This document shows, piece by piece, positions 9,217 through 19,365 of a stretch of DNA of 34,584 nt. The notes beneath the pieces were generated by a model that searched no databases, had not been told where the DNA came from, and saw nothing but the letters and a program-made list of their open reading frames with translations. Location: the IMG/VR virus record IMGVR_UViG_2734482772_000010, one strand, 5' to 3'. This DNA is from a virus (Duplodnaviria; Heunggongvirae; Uroviricota; Caudoviricetes). Position numbers and translations under genes: made by a program. Numbering within the stretch: position 1 is the first letter of the stretch; every line of letters begins with the position of its first letter.

Positions 9217-10643
9217 CAGTTGCCCCCTTTCAGGGTTAACAGGTATTCCGAGGTGATCTCAGTCTCAAACGTCAGTCGCTCCAGCGGCGGTGGTGGCGTA
9301 TATTTGTAGCTCAGCAACAGGTGCCCGGCGGCCAGCTCCGTTTCCGGATTGCGGGCCGGATCAAACCAGCAACGGAAGCCCAGTACCGCGCCATCACCAG
9401 TCATTTTGCGACCGTAGGCGTTGACCGACTCCGTCAGTGCATCAATCAGCGCCTGAGTAATCGGCATGTCGATGTACTGCTGGCTGAAGTAACGAATGGA
9501 CTCATTGATCACATCACCGGTGCGGCGAACGTTCTCAAAGTTACGCATATGGGTGACCGTTGGCCATGCTGCCGTCCGGTTACCCCACAGACGAAGGCCG
9601 CTGCCGTAACTGCTGAATACCGTGGTGATCCCCTGTTCGTTAAGCAGGTTCACCTCGCTCTGCGGATCGTCAATCATTGCCGACAGCTGGCGCTCCACGC
9701 CGGAGATCCCCAGAATTTCCTGATTGGAGGATGACCACCAGTACCCTTTGTCCAGGTCGACTCTGGCACGCAGGCCCGCCGCACGCTGGCTCAGTGGCTC
9801 CAGACGCTCCGTGTTCGTCACCGGGTCATATACCTTCACATGCGGGTAGCACAGGCGGACACGGTCAGAGCTGGTATTAAAGTTAATGGTGCCTTCCGGG
9901 CCACGTCCCGCCAGAGCCTGCGCAAAAGTGGTACCAACCGGCGCATCAATATAGGTTACTGCTCCCAGTTTCTCAGCCATGGCGATAAGCTCAACCGAGA
10001 CGCTGTTCTGGGTGCAGAATACCGGAGCAATCAGGATTTTGGCGAAGTAGCCAAACAGGTTAAAACTGTCGTTAAGTAGCTTCATGCCGGTACGGTTGCC
10101 TGCAGCGTTAACGGTACCGATGATATCAGCCGGGGTGACTTTGGTCGGATCAGCATAGTTATAGCTGGCCTTCACCGTTGCATCTGCAGCAATGCTTTTA
10201 CCCAGGTTAGTAATCACCCCGGTCTGTGCATCAAGCGAGTAGTCCTGACCTTCAACATAAGGCTGACCGTCGCTGTCCGGTTTCAGTACCAGCTGCGCGA
10301 CCACCGGATTAGCCAGCCGGGCTCTGCCTGTCGCCTTGTCGAACGACACATTCTCACTGACCACAGCGGTTTTATGCACAGACGGATCGAGTACGTTAAT
10401 GACCAGAACGGTGCCTGCACCATGGTCATAAATCGCATCCAGCGCCTGCGGAATGGTAAAGCCGGTGAACTGGCTGCCAAATGCCGCAGCGTCTTTCGCA
10501 GACAGGCACTGTACCAGCGTATTGACATCCCCCATCGGGGCGGTACCAATCAGGCCAATAACGGCAGATTTCACCGTTTTAACCGGGCGGGCTCCGTTTT
10601 CCACCTCAATGGTTTCGACGCCATGCAGATAGTTAGCTGCCAT
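9216..10643 (-). CDS. contractile tail sheath protein
   Basis: 475-aa ORF; size, position before tube gene and sequence character typical of Mu L / P2 FI sheath proteins. Confidence 0.85.
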   Translation of the reverse strand: MAANYLHGVETIEVENGARPVKTVKSAVIGLIGTAPMGDVNTLVQCLSAKDAAAFGSQFTGFTIPQALDAIYDHGAGTVLVINVLDPSVHKTAVVSENVSFDKATGRARLANPVVAQLVLKPDSDGQPYVEGQDYSLDAQTGVITNLGKSIAADATVKASYNYADPTKVTPADIIGTVNAAGNRTGMKLLNDSFNLFGYFAKILIAPVFCTQNSVSVELIAMAEKLGAVTYIDAPVGTTFAQALAGRGPEGTINFNTSSDRVRLCYPHVKVYDPVTNTERLEPLSQRAAGLRARVDLDKGYWWSSSNQEILGISGVERQLSAMIDDPQSEVNLLNEQGITTVFSSYGSGLRLWGNRTAAWPTVTHMRNFENVRRTGDVINESIRYFSQQYIDMPITQALIDALTESVNAYGRKMTGDGAVLGFRCWFDPARNPETELAAGHLLLSYKYTPPPPLERLTFETEITSEYLLTLKGGN

Positions 10644-10887
10644 GGGAGTCCTCCGTTTTCACTTCGCTGTCACTGCTGCTTCTGCGCTTTGGTGACTGCA
10701 CAGCCGGTGTGACGGCGGGTTTAGTATCTTCTGGTACCGGCGTCAGATGCTTCAGCGCCACCAGTACCTTCACGTAGTCATGCTCCTCCGGCAGGGAAAC
10801 TGTCTTCCCCGGCCAGAGCAGGATTTCGGTTCCGTCCGACAGCGTGACGCCGCTGGCCGGGCCGGAATAGCGGTATGCTTTCATCAC
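10633..10887 (-). CDS. hypothetical head-tail joining region protein (Mu gp38 position)
   Basis: 84-aa ORF, overlaps sheath gene start by 11 nt. Confidence 0.45.
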   Translation of the reverse strand: MMKAYRYSGPASGVTLSDGTEILLWPGKTVSLPEEHDYVKVLVALKHLTPVPEDTKPAVTPAVQSPKRRSSSDSEVKTEDSHGS

Positions 10888-11348
10888 TCGCTTTCCTCAT
10901 AGTTCACTTCGGTTAACAGCGGGCCGGACGGTAAATCGCTGTCTTCGATAAAGACGCTTTCAGTCGCGAAGTCGAGGGCGTACTGCCACAGCCCCCTGAC
11001 TTCACCGATAAACACCTCGCGGGTCAGCCAGATACGGCGGCGGCACCCGGGCGGGGTGTAGCCACCAAGAATGCGCCGGACAGCATCCAGGACATTAATC
11101 GCCCCTTTTTTACCGTTGAGCTGGCGGAAGACCACCGTGACGCAGAGCTGGATAGTCTGAGGCTGGAGCACCGCACCGGTATCGTCCGGCCTGTCAAAGC
11201 GCGAACCGGCATAGCTCAGCAGCAACGCGCCGACAGAATGATTGAGGCGATATTCGGACGGCTTTTCCGGGAAGTACTCAACCTGCAGCAGAGGCAGCTT
11301 CTCGCGCAACCGGGCCAGCACCGCATCAAGGACGGGCAGAACGTTCAT
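10884..11348 (-). CDS. head-tail joining protein (Mu gp37 position)
   Basis: 154-aa ORF, ATGA-type overlap with neighbours. Confidence 0.5.
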   Translation of the reverse strand: MNVLPVLDAVLARLREKLPLLQVEYFPEKPSEYRLNHSVGALLLSYAGSRFDRPDDTGAVLQPQTIQLCVTVVFRQLNGKKGAINVLDAVRRILGGYTPPGCRRRIWLTREVFIGEVRGLWQYALDFATESVFIEDSDLPSGPLLTEVNYEESE

Positions 11349-11794
11349 CAGTATTTCTCCAGTAAGCCGTCACGACCGCCGAAAGTGGCCGGGCGGCTGC
11401 GTACACGAAACTCGCCAGGCTCAGGCACATCTTTCTGAGTGGACGGCAGCCCCAGCGTGAGCCTGTTATCACGTAACTCCTTCAGTTGCCGCAGCGCTTC
11501 TTTGTGGTCATCCTTCACTGTATCCGGGAGGTCACCTTCCGGGCGGCGGGCGTAGAGCCGGTAACGGACCAGCGTGATGGCAATGTCCCGCAGAACGGTC
11601 GGTATCTCCGCCAGCGGCAGGATATAGCGTCCGCGCAGATGGGCATCAATCAGCTCGTCGGCATAGCGGATACAGCTCTCCACCACTCTGGTATTCACTG
11701 CCGCAGGCGAGTCGAAGTCGATCTCTTCACTGGTGAGCTCGATCAGCGTTCGTTCCGGCACCTGCTCAAGCAAATCCTCCAGGGTGCAGTACAT
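11348..11794 (-). CDS. head completion/adaptor protein (Mu gp36 position)
   Basis: ORF-track ORF 11348..11956 trimmed to internal ATG (MYCTLEDLLEQ...) that follows the stop of the upstream gene. Confidence 0.5.
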   Translation of the reverse strand: MYCTLEDLLEQVPERTLIELTSEEIDFDSPAAVNTRVVESCIRYADELIDAHLRGRYILPLAEIPTVLRDIAITLVRYRLYARRPEGDLPDTVKDDHKEALRQLKELRDNRLTLGLPSTQKDVPEPGEFRVRSRPATFGGRDGLLEKY

Positions 11795-11795
11795 G

Positions 11796-12134
11796 TCACA
11801 CCCCGCGCAGGATACGAATGACGTCGCCTTCACCCCCGGCTTCATCAAGTGCAATACCACAGGATTTACCGTCGCCGGACTGCGGCACGGCTCTGGCCTG
11901 AGCATCTGACTGAACAGCCGCACCACGGCTGACCGCAGCACCAGCCTCAACAGCAATAATGCCCAGAACGCTCACCGGCGTGCTGTCGCCGGTAACAGCA
12001 TCCACTTCGGCAACCCCGAGCGCTGCGGCACCGGCCTGACAGGGGGTATTATCAGCCCCGACAAAACGCTGCTGTGTCAGTGCGGCGCCTGCCGTTATGG
12101 TCGTGGTCAGAATGACCTGCTGAGTGGTTCCCAT
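11796..12134 (-). CDS. small Ala/Gly-rich head protein, hypothetical
   Basis: ORF-track ORF 11796..12185 trimmed to ATG just downstream of the capsid gene stop; Ala/Val/Gly-rich. Confidence 0.45.
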   Translation of the reverse strand: MGTTQQVILTTTITAGAALTQQRFVGADNTPCQAGAAALGVAEVDAVTGDSTPVSVLGIIAVEAGAAVSRGAAVQSDAQARAVPQSGDGKSCGIALDEAGGEGDVIRILRGV

Positions 12135-12144
12135 AACGTCCTCC

Positions 12145-13098
12145 TTATTTACTGATACCGGTGATGAGATACCCTGCATCGCCACCCACCACGGCGACTT
12201 TGTAGATATCGGTATAACGGCAGTACTTCACCTTGCCGCCGGCTCCGTCGTATTTGTCTGCCACAGGCATCCCCTTACGACGCAGGGTGTAGCCGAAGGA
12301 CGGCTCGTTCTCGTCCGCGCTGTCCGCCCCCGGCTGCGGCTTGCCGACGTAGTGCAGCATCAGGTTGTCTCCCCAGATATCCGCCGGCACGCTGTCCTTA
12401 TCCATTGCCGCTTTCATGGATGGCAGGGAGACAGGGGCACCGATGACGATCTCTTCGATCTGAAAGAGGTCCTGCAGGATCTCCGTGGTGATGCGCTTGC
12501 GTTCGTTGGCTCCGATGGCAGCCTGAATCGCCGGGTGGAACTTCAGCAGCGCCATCACGCTGGCACCCATGGTCATCAGGTTAGGACGCAGCCCCGTGGC
12601 CGTACGGACCGCTTCCATACCGGCTTCAATCACCCTGATGGGGTCCCCCTTACCACCGGCCCAGCGATCACTGGCTGTCAGTTTTTTAACGTGCCCGGTA
12701 CGGTAGACCTTTTCATCCTGAGCCAGACGGGCGGCGATAAGTTCACGGCGCAGATTCACGCCATTCGTGGCGCGACGGATGGCCTTGCTCTCCTCGTTAA
12801 ACATGGACTCCGCCTGCTCGCGATAGTCCACCGGCGCAGCCAGATCGTGCTCACCCAGCACCAGATCAAGCGTGCCGGTTTTCTCACGGACCAGAACATT
12901 GCTGTCCGCCCCGACGGCACGCTCAGTGTCATATTCCACAAAGGCGGTTTTCCCGAAGGTCGGCACACGCACGCCTTCCTTGTCCGTCAGCACGACGGGG
13001 AAAATACGTTCGCCAATGAATGCGGCATTTTTATAGCCTCGGGCGATACTGGTCAGTACCGGATCAACGACACGTTTACCTTTTAAGTAATCAGACAT
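12145..13098 (-). CDS. major capsid protein (Mu T-like)
   Basis: 317-aa ORF downstream of protease/scaffold gene; N-terminus MSDYLKGKRVVDPVLTSIARGYKN... resembles Mu-type major head subunits. Confidence 0.8.
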   Translation of the reverse strand: MSDYLKGKRVVDPVLTSIARGYKNAAFIGERIFPVVLTDKEGVRVPTFGKTAFVEYDTERAVGADSNVLVREKTGTLDLVLGEHDLAAPVDYREQAESMFNEESKAIRRATNGVNLRRELIAARLAQDEKVYRTGHVKKLTASDRWAGGKGDPIRVIEAGMEAVRTATGLRPNLMTMGASVMALLKFHPAIQAAIGANERKRITTEILQDLFQIEEIVIGAPVSLPSMKAAMDKDSVPADIWGDNLMLHYVGKPQPGADSADENEPSFGYTLRRKGMPVADKYDGAGGKVKYCRYTDIYKVAVVGGDAGYLITGISK

Positions 13099-13112
13099 GA
13101 TTTCTCCTTAAA

Positions 13113-14228
13113 TTACAGGCAGCGTGCGACAGCAGCCTCATAGCTGATGTCTTCTTTTTTGGACAGGGCCACTGCTTTCTGATGCAGGGCCAGACGCTCA
13201 GGATCGGCTTCCGCAAACTCCGCCACATCCACCTTCACCGTGTCGCCGACACGCTCCTTTGTGGCCTGTTCGGCGAAATTCATCACCGGCTCCCCGTCGG
13301 AGAGCAATGAACGGAAGGCGGTGGCCAGCGGCGTGCTGCTTTCCCCCTCAGCAAACTCCACCGGCTTGTCGCCACCGGCGACGGCATCCAGCAGGGCAAC
13401 CACCACGGAGGAGGCGCGGGGAGCCAGACGCCCCTCTGCGACCAGTTTTTCTGCAAAGGCCACATTGTCCTTATGCAGTTGCTCCTGTCTGACCTGTGCA
13501 TCACGCGCATCGCGATCAGCAGCCTGCTGCTTCAGGCGGCGGTTCTCCTCCTGAAGGGCTTCAATCTCTTCTTTTGTCATCGATGATTCCTCGTTACTTG
13601 CGGAAGACGGCCCCGGGCCTGTCTCACTGAATTGTGCACCTGCTGCATCCTGCGACAGTGTGTCGCGGTACGCCTCTTCGCGCAGACTGTTGAGCTGCCA
13701 TTCCGGCAGGACTTTTTCTGCCTCGTCCAGACTGAAGCGGGCGATCAGAAAATCGCGCAACTTTCCCCACAGGGAGGCATTCGTGATGGCCTGCCAGTCG
13801 GCGAACTCCACCACACCTTCTTCCTGCTCACTGAAGGACACCTGTTTCAGCCCCTTGACTGAAGGTGGCTGTGCCCCGAGAAAGCCCACATGGCGAAGGT
13901 AGAGCACGCCGGGCTTCGGATTGGACGGTGAATCCGGGAGGTAGAAAGAGGCGGACACTTTTTTGAATCGTCCGTCGGTGACCATCTCAGCAAACTGCGG
14001 GTCCAGCTGGGCAGGCTCTGCCATCAGATCGACACCGCTGAGCGACAGGGTTTTCACCCAGCCCCACGCCGGGTCTTCCGTTCTGGGATGACCAATCACG
14101 AGTGGTGCTTCATGGACGGACGGGTCATAGGCTTTCACGCAGGCGGCAAGATCGTCTGGCGTGAACGGCAGTTTTTTGCCGTGCATATCGGTATGGATAC
14201 CGGCTTTAAAAATGTGAATGGCTGACAT
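13113..14228 (-). CDS. head maturation protease / scaffold (Mu I-like)
   Basis: 371-aa ORF; N-terminal domain MSAIHIFKAGIHTDMHGKKLPFTPDDL... resembles Mu I protease family, C-terminal charged coiled-coil scaffold-like region; preceded by 214-nt intergenic gap. Confidence 0.75.
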   Translation of the reverse strand: MSAIHIFKAGIHTDMHGKKLPFTPDDLAACVKAYDPSVHEAPLVIGHPRTEDPAWGWVKTLSLSGVDLMAEPAQLDPQFAEMVTDGRFKKVSASFYLPDSPSNPKPGVLYLRHVGFLGAQPPSVKGLKQVSFSEQEEGVVEFADWQAITNASLWGKLRDFLIARFSLDEAEKVLPEWQLNSLREEAYRDTLSQDAAGAQFSETGPGPSSASNEESSMTKEEIEALQEENRRLKQQAADRDARDAQVRQEQLHKDNVAFAEKLVAEGRLAPRASSVVVALLDAVAGGDKPVEFAEGESSTPLATAFRSLLSDGEPVMNFAEQATKERVGDTVKVDVAEFAEADPERLALHQKAVALSKKEDISYEAAVARCL

Positions 14229-14283
14229 TTTGCTGTCCCGCGTTATGTTGTCGGAGACAGTTTGTGAGAAATGCAGGCCCGGC

Positions 14284-14306
14284 GATTTTAATCTGCTTTA
14301 GAAAAC
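14284..14306 (-). promoter_or_regulatory. conserved late-promoter-like motif, copy upstream of protease/scaffold gene
   Basis: Plus-strand GATTTTAATCTGCTTTAGAAAAC, one of four matching copies in the late-arm intergenic gaps; 56-78 nt upstream of the start codon. Confidence 0.45.
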
Positions 14307-14442
14307 ATCAGGGGAGAAGGACAGGGAAAGCAATGTGGTGAACCGGGGGCGGTTATAAAACAGAGGCTGTAAAGCCTTTATAAAGGTAATACAGCCCCTC
14401 ATTCGCTGGCAATGATAAATCACCCGCCTGAAGAGAGAAAAC

Positions 14443-15006
14443 TCAGCGACGGGCCGCTGATTCAAGATGGCGGACAATCGTGTCCAGTACGGCACGCTCA
14501 GCCTCTGGCTGCAAACCCCCATCGCTTTTCAGTGGCAGGAAAGGACGGGCGGGCATTTCTGATGTGTACGCGTCCACATGATACGACTGCGAGATATGTG
14601 CCCGGCTTCGTTCAGACATACGCAGGTTTCCCTCTTTGTCCTGACGCCAGTGGATACTCTGCTGTCGCTCTTTATGTTTAATCTCCCCTCCGAACTGATG
14701 GATGGCCGCATAGATCACATTAGTCCCGATGACAGCCTGATGGTGGTCATAATGTGTGGTGACAGAGCTCATCAGACGTCCTGTATCCTGCAGTGTCTGG
14801 CCATCACGTTCTTCTGCTGCCAGCGAAGGGAGCCAGGAGGGACGCCCTTCATCCATAAAATTTATCTGGGTTTCTGTTAACAATGCACCGGCAATTTTGC
14901 GCATCGCGGGTTCCAGATCTGTGGCAGAGAGCTCCAGTGCGCGGAGACTCCGGCGCAGGGATTTATCGTTAATGGTGATATCGACCAGTTTATCGGAAGC
15001 CATCAT
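14443..15006 (-). CDS. virion morphogenesis protein (Mu G-like)
   Basis: 187-aa ORF between F-like gene and protease gene. Confidence 0.6.
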   Translation of the reverse strand: MMASDKLVDITINDKSLRRSLRALELSATDLEPAMRKIAGALLTETQINFMDEGRPSWLPSLAAEERDGQTLQDTGRLMSSVTTHYDHHQAVIGTNVIYAAIHQFGGEIKHKERQQSIHWRQDKEGNLRMSERSRAHISQSYHVDAYTSEMPARPFLPLKSDGGLQPEAERAVLDTIVRHLESAARR

Positions 15007-15827
15007 TATCCTCTCAGTTCCTGCTGTGCCAGTGGCTGAAGCGTACCCTGATAGCGGGCAAGGTCGGGACGGTATGCTGCCCCCGGTGCATAAGACCAGC
15101 CGACGTCGGTGGTCACCTTCGTGGTACCGGTATTAAAGGTGGCCACGTTCCGCATTTCGCCGGTTTTCTCTGAGACCAGTTTCAGTTCCTGGCCCATGGC
15201 AGAGCCGGAGCTGATAACCTTCAGGCCACGGGCACGTACATCCGCCGCACTCAGGGCAATCACACTACAGCGGCAGCGCCAGCCGTTCGGCGGGTAAAAT
15301 GCCTGCCAGAACGGGTCATCCCAGCGCAGCACCAGACCATGCAGCGCCAGATGGCTCCTGCGGGTATGGCTGTCGTTGATGCCGGTATACATCCAGTACG
15401 GCCTGTCATCGACGTTTTCCATCTGTTCCGCCCACCGTCCGGCGCTGTAGAGTACGGACATATTGGTGCGAAAGATGGTATCGAGCCGCCACGGACTGCC
15501 CTGCTGAATGGTGACCGGCTCACCCGTTACCGGGTCAGTCGTGTCACGCGGTCCCCACCATCCCCTGCGCTTCAGCGCCGGCTCCAGCTCCTGCCGGAAC
15601 CAGCGATCGGTTTTTCCTTCATCGACAGCCTGCTGCAGTGCCCCGCGAATATCTTCCAGGATATCCAGGCGGGTCACTTTAGCGACGGTAAAGGCGCGGG
15701 CATGGGCTTCCTGCCACATTTCTTCCCAGTCCCAGGTAATCTGATACCCTTTGGACTTCAGGTAGCTGATTGCCCGCTTCGGGGGAAGCGTCATGCAGTA
15801 CGCCAGTTCAGCCGTTGTCACGCTCAT
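15006..15827 (-). CDS. head morphogenesis protein (Mu F-like)
   Basis: ORF-track ORF 15006..15854; internal ATG at 15827 or 15794 is the likely start; follows portal gene. Confidence 0.65.
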   Translation of the reverse strand: MSVTTAELAYCMTLPPKRAISYLKSKGYQITWDWEEMWQEAHARAFTVAKVTRLDILEDIRGALQQAVDEGKTDRWFRQELEPALKRRGWWGPRDTTDPVTGEPVTIQQGSPWRLDTIFRTNMSVLYSAGRWAEQMENVDDRPYWMYTGINDSHTRRSHLALHGLVLRWDDPFWQAFYPPNGWRCRCSVIALSAADVRARGLKVISSGSAMGQELKLVSEKTGEMRNVATFNTGTTKVTTDVGWSYAPGAAYRPDLARYQGTLQPLAQQELRG

Positions 15828-17301
15828 GCAGACGCCCCCAGATATTTGCCACAAAGAGAATGCGGGCCAGCCGTTCCTGCAGATCGTCCGTGTTCATCTG
15901 AGGGTAGAGCTCCGCCAGTTCGCCCAGCAGCTCAGACGGGTTAACCCCATTTTCGACCCGCCTGAACAGAGGTGCCAGGACGGGTTCCAGCGTGCCATTT
16001 AACACACCTCCGTTCATCAGAATGTCCAGCGCGTCGTCAAGCTGCTGTTGTGCATCATGATCGGCGCTTATCGCCTCGGCAAATTCTGCAGGCACTGCCC
16101 CGTCCGCAACCGGTGCATCAGAGAGGTCAATATCCCCTTCCTGCAACTGGTACTCCCGCATGAAGTACTGCGGGGTCAGGCGCAGCCCCGCCCGGGTGAG
16201 TTTTTCGTCGCGGGTGGCACGGGTGTCATCAATGGCCTCCTGTTCCCACATGGCCCAGACCGGACACGGCACATCGCCAAAGTTCAGGGTGACCACCGTT
16301 CTGATGACCTGATTCACTGCCGCCTGAATGATGTCCGCATCCGCATCGCGGATATCATCCGTCACCTCCAGCCCGGCCTGCGCGGAGGCCCGGTTACTGT
16401 TCGCTTCGGTAGTCTGGTTCTGACCGAGTAATGCAATGGAGATCTCACTGCGTGACAGTGTGATCAGCTCGCGGAACACCTCACTGCTGGCAGCCTTGCC
16501 GCCTGCCTCCTTAAGCTCAATGCTGCTGTCATCGGGGATGGCGGCCACCGCGTCCTCCACCATCTGCTCCATGGAGTCCAGCAGTTCTTCAATCTCTGCA
16601 TCATTTGCGCCCCTCGGGTGCTTACCGACTACCCACGGGGAGCCAAACTTTTCGGCAAAGCGGAGCCAGAATTTCATCCCGCCTTTCTTGAAGGTGACAG
16701 GCCAGAAGCACATGGACAGGTCCGGGAAACCGTAGGGATTGTCATACGAGGCATCCTGCGCGGGCACCACGAATTTTGACGGTGACAGCAGTTCCCCCTC
16801 CACACCCGCATCACGCGCCCGGAAGCGCAGGCAGTTGTCCGTATCAAACTGAAACCACTCAGGTGGTTTGCCGACAATATCCGTCACCGCCCACGCCCTG
16901 ACCGAACGGCCCCACATGATTTCACAGGGCTGATACCCGTAGAGCACGGCATCGCTCATCTCACCGATGATACGGGACAGATCCAGATCGTCGAGCATGT
17001 CGCGGATGAAACGGAAGACCCGGGCAGAAGCGTGACCGCGCTCCAGTCCACGCTCCAGCGATTTGAGCGCTGCTTTACGTCTGCGGATACAGCCCCCGAC
17101 CAGCGGGTCGGTGCGCAGTTCGCGGTAGATACGGATATCCCGTCCCTGAGCCTTGAGAATGGGATCAGGATTGGGCAGGTACATTCCCAGAGCGTAAAAA
17201 TCGATGGCGCGACTGCGGGAGGCAATCTGCGCGGTCAGTGATTTTTTAGGTTCGGCGAACGCCACGAACTCATCGGGTGAAACCCAGATACCCCTCGCCA
17301 T
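15808..17301 (-). CDS. portal protein (Mu gp29-like)
   Basis: 497-aa ORF directly downstream of the large terminase gene (shared stop/start nucleotide). Confidence 0.8.
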   Translation of the reverse strand: MARGIWVSPDEFVAFAEPKKSLTAQIASRSRAIDFYALGMYLPNPDPILKAQGRDIRIYRELRTDPLVGGCIRRRKAALKSLERGLERGHASARVFRFIRDMLDDLDLSRIIGEMSDAVLYGYQPCEIMWGRSVRAWAVTDIVGKPPEWFQFDTDNCLRFRARDAGVEGELLSPSKFVVPAQDASYDNPYGFPDLSMCFWPVTFKKGGMKFWLRFAEKFGSPWVVGKHPRGANDAEIEELLDSMEQMVEDAVAAIPDDSSIELKEAGGKAASSEVFRELITLSRSEISIALLGQNQTTEANSNRASAQAGLEVTDDIRDADADIIQAAVNQVIRTVVTLNFGDVPCPVWAMWEQEAIDDTRATRDEKLTRAGLRLTPQYFMREYQLQEGDIDLSDAPVADGAVPAEFAEAISADHDAQQQLDDALDILMNGGVLNGTLEPVLAPLFRRVENGVNPSELLGELAELYPQMNTDDLQERLARILFVANIWGRLHERDNG

Positions 17302-18824
17302 CAGAATCCCTCCAGCATACGGGCCGCCTGACGACGACGGCGTGAGCTTGCCTTCACCGGCCCTTTGTTAATTTCACGGCTGGCGAAATACGCCAGCGCC
17401 AGTGCGATGGCTGAATCCCCGTGGCGTTTACCACCATCAGCCTTTGCTTTTGAGCGTTGCTCCGGCACGCGGGGGACACCGTTCACCACCTGAACGGCCC
17501 GCAGGTCATCCAGTGTGTCTTCATCCTTTGGTAAGTCCACCAGGTTACCGTCTTCCAGTGCAGCTTTGACCGGAGGCATATGCTCCCGGTACCAGCCTTC
17601 GGTTGGCATCACCTGCTGAACCCGGCTGGAACCGTAGCGCTGCATGGCGTATTCAGCCAGATAGGCACCATTACCACGGGCATCAAACGCTGCACCCAGC
17701 AGACCGGGCAGACCATCCATCAGATACCAGGTGATTTGCTCCTGCTGTCTGAACGGCACGTTACGCAGCTCCAGTACGAATGGCACGCGTCGTATCAGGT
17801 TCTTCTCCTGCAACAACGGGTAGTCCACCGACAAATCACCGCTGCGGCCAAAGTCGCGCCCCAGGAAAGAGCGGGCATCAGTGGGGAGTGCCTCCAGTAA
17901 TGGTTTCAGATGCTCATCAAGCCAGTCCTGCGTCTCGCGGAAGCGAACCTCATCAGACAGCAGTTCATAACCTTCCTTGCAGGTCAGACGCAATACCGGC
18001 GTATCAGCGGACATGCGGGACTCTATCAGGGCACGGGACAGCCAGGCACCGCCACCGTTGGCCGGAATACAGTCAAGCTCTTCGGATGCGCCGGCACCGT
18101 AGAATTTGTACACCGACGCCATCCAGGCCTGTTCGGATGCCTCCGACCATTCCTTCCCGGTGCGCAGACAGACGCGCCGGAACAGCCCCTCAGATACGGC
18201 TTCCCGGAAAGTGATGCGATGTATGCTGCCTCCCTGGCGTCCGGCACGGATATCCCCGATAAGCGTATTGAACGGATTGTCGTCACCGTCATGGGTGGAG
18301 ATAACGCGTACCTTTCCCCCCCAGATAAGCATCGCCAGCGCCGCTTTCAGCAGTTCGTCCAGTTGCTCATGGAACGCCGCTTCGTCGATAACAATAATCC
18401 CCTGACGGCCACGCAGGTTAGACGGGCGGCTGGAGAGCGCAACAATACGAAAGCCGGAGTCAGGAAATTTGATGGTGTAAGTCCTGATGTGTTTGTCGTC
18501 GTCGTCCTCTTCCCAGAATCCTTCTTCAATTTCACTGGCCGCATAGTTGAATGCCCGTGCCCACATCGCACACGCCTGAATGTATTCGACGGTCATGTCC
18601 TGGTTATAGGCGATGTAATATACATTCATCCCGCCTGCAGGCGCAGAAGAGGCGGCGGTCAGTACGTTATCGGATGCCTCAGCCCATGTAATACCGGTAC
18701 GACGGCTCTTTTCCATCACCTTAAGCGGAGAGGTATCTGCCACCCAGCGCTGCTGGTAAGGCAACAGAACGGGCGGTGCCTTATAACTCGCGGTGTCAGG
18801 AATGTGCGGCGGCAGCTCCGTCAT
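17301..18824 (-). CDS. terminase large subunit (Mu gp28-like)
   Basis: 507-aa ORF between small-terminase-like and portal genes. Confidence 0.8.
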   Translation of the reverse strand: MTELPPHIPDTASYKAPPVLLPYQQRWVADTSPLKVMEKSRRTGITWAEASDNVLTAASSAPAGGMNVYYIAYNQDMTVEYIQACAMWARAFNYAASEIEEGFWEEDDDDKHIRTYTIKFPDSGFRIVALSSRPSNLRGRQGIIVIDEAAFHEQLDELLKAALAMLIWGGKVRVISTHDGDDNPFNTLIGDIRAGRQGGSIHRITFREAVSEGLFRRVCLRTGKEWSEASEQAWMASVYKFYGAGASEELDCIPANGGGAWLSRALIESRMSADTPVLRLTCKEGYELLSDEVRFRETQDWLDEHLKPLLEALPTDARSFLGRDFGRSGDLSVDYPLLQEKNLIRRVPFVLELRNVPFRQQEQITWYLMDGLPGLLGAAFDARGNGAYLAEYAMQRYGSSRVQQVMPTEGWYREHMPPVKAALEDGNLVDLPKDEDTLDDLRAVQVVNGVPRVPEQRSKAKADGGKRHGDSAIALALAYFASREINKGPVKASSRRRRQAARMLEGF

Positions 18825-19363
18825 GATGCCACCCCCAGAATTTCCCGGCGCAGTGCCTGTACGGCTTCCGCAGAGAGCCCGCCCTTACGGGCAATTTTCT
18901 CGGCGGCAGCGGCAGCACGTTCAACCCTCTCTCTGACTTCTGCCTGATAGCGCTTGAGGTTGACCGAGGCGCGGGTCAGTGTGGCGATATTTTTTGAAGC
19001 CGTTGCCAGCAGTTTTGCCCGGGCGAAGGGATCGTCGTTTTCCCGCGACTCCTGCAGGCGCATCAGGATATCCGTCATTTCGGTCTGGACGAGGGTTATC
19101 AGCCCGGCTGAACGGTCATCAGGATCGTCCCCGGCCTCCCGGGCCAGCAGACGCGCTGCCTCGGTTGCTGCCCGCACACGGGCCAGTTGCTGCTCCATTT
19201 TGTAGCCGAACCGCTGCAGGGAAGAGCGGGTGATGCTGTACCCCCTTTCCTTCAGCAGGCTTTCAAGCTCTGCATAGCCGGTGAAATTATTCTCCGTCAG
19301 TGCCCGCTCAAGCCAGCGGCGCACCTCTGTCGGGAGGGTATCAATACTGCTGCGACGTCCCAT
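18821..19363 (-). CDS. terminase small subunit-like protein (Mu gp27 position)
   Basis: ORF-track ORF 18821..19369 (GTG) with ATG at 19363; helix-rich basic protein upstream of large terminase. Confidence 0.5.
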   Translation of the reverse strand: MGRRSSIDTLPTEVRRWLERALTENNFTGYAELESLLKERGYSITRSSLQRFGYKMEQQLARVRAATEAARLLAREAGDDPDDRSAGLITLVQTEMTDILMRLQESRENDDPFARAKLLATASKNIATLTRASVNLKRYQAEVRERVERAAAAAEKIARKGGLSAEAVQALRREILGVAS

Positions 19364-19365
19364 AA

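Noticed and set aside
12124-13086. 320-aa plus-strand ORF
   Set aside because: Lies antisense to and almost exactly coextensive with the major capsid gene; a mirror-frame ORF, not a gene.
14298-14522. 74-aa minus-strand ORF reaching into the G-I intergenic gap (considered as possible anti-CRISPR-like cargo)
   Set aside because: Overlaps the 3' end of the G-like gene in another frame, has no RBS, and its only in-gap ATG gives about 35 codons; treated as non-coding.
17910-18947. 345-aa plus-strand ORF
   Set aside because: Antisense to the large terminase gene; Arg/Pro-rich low-complexity translation typical of a mirror-frame artefact.
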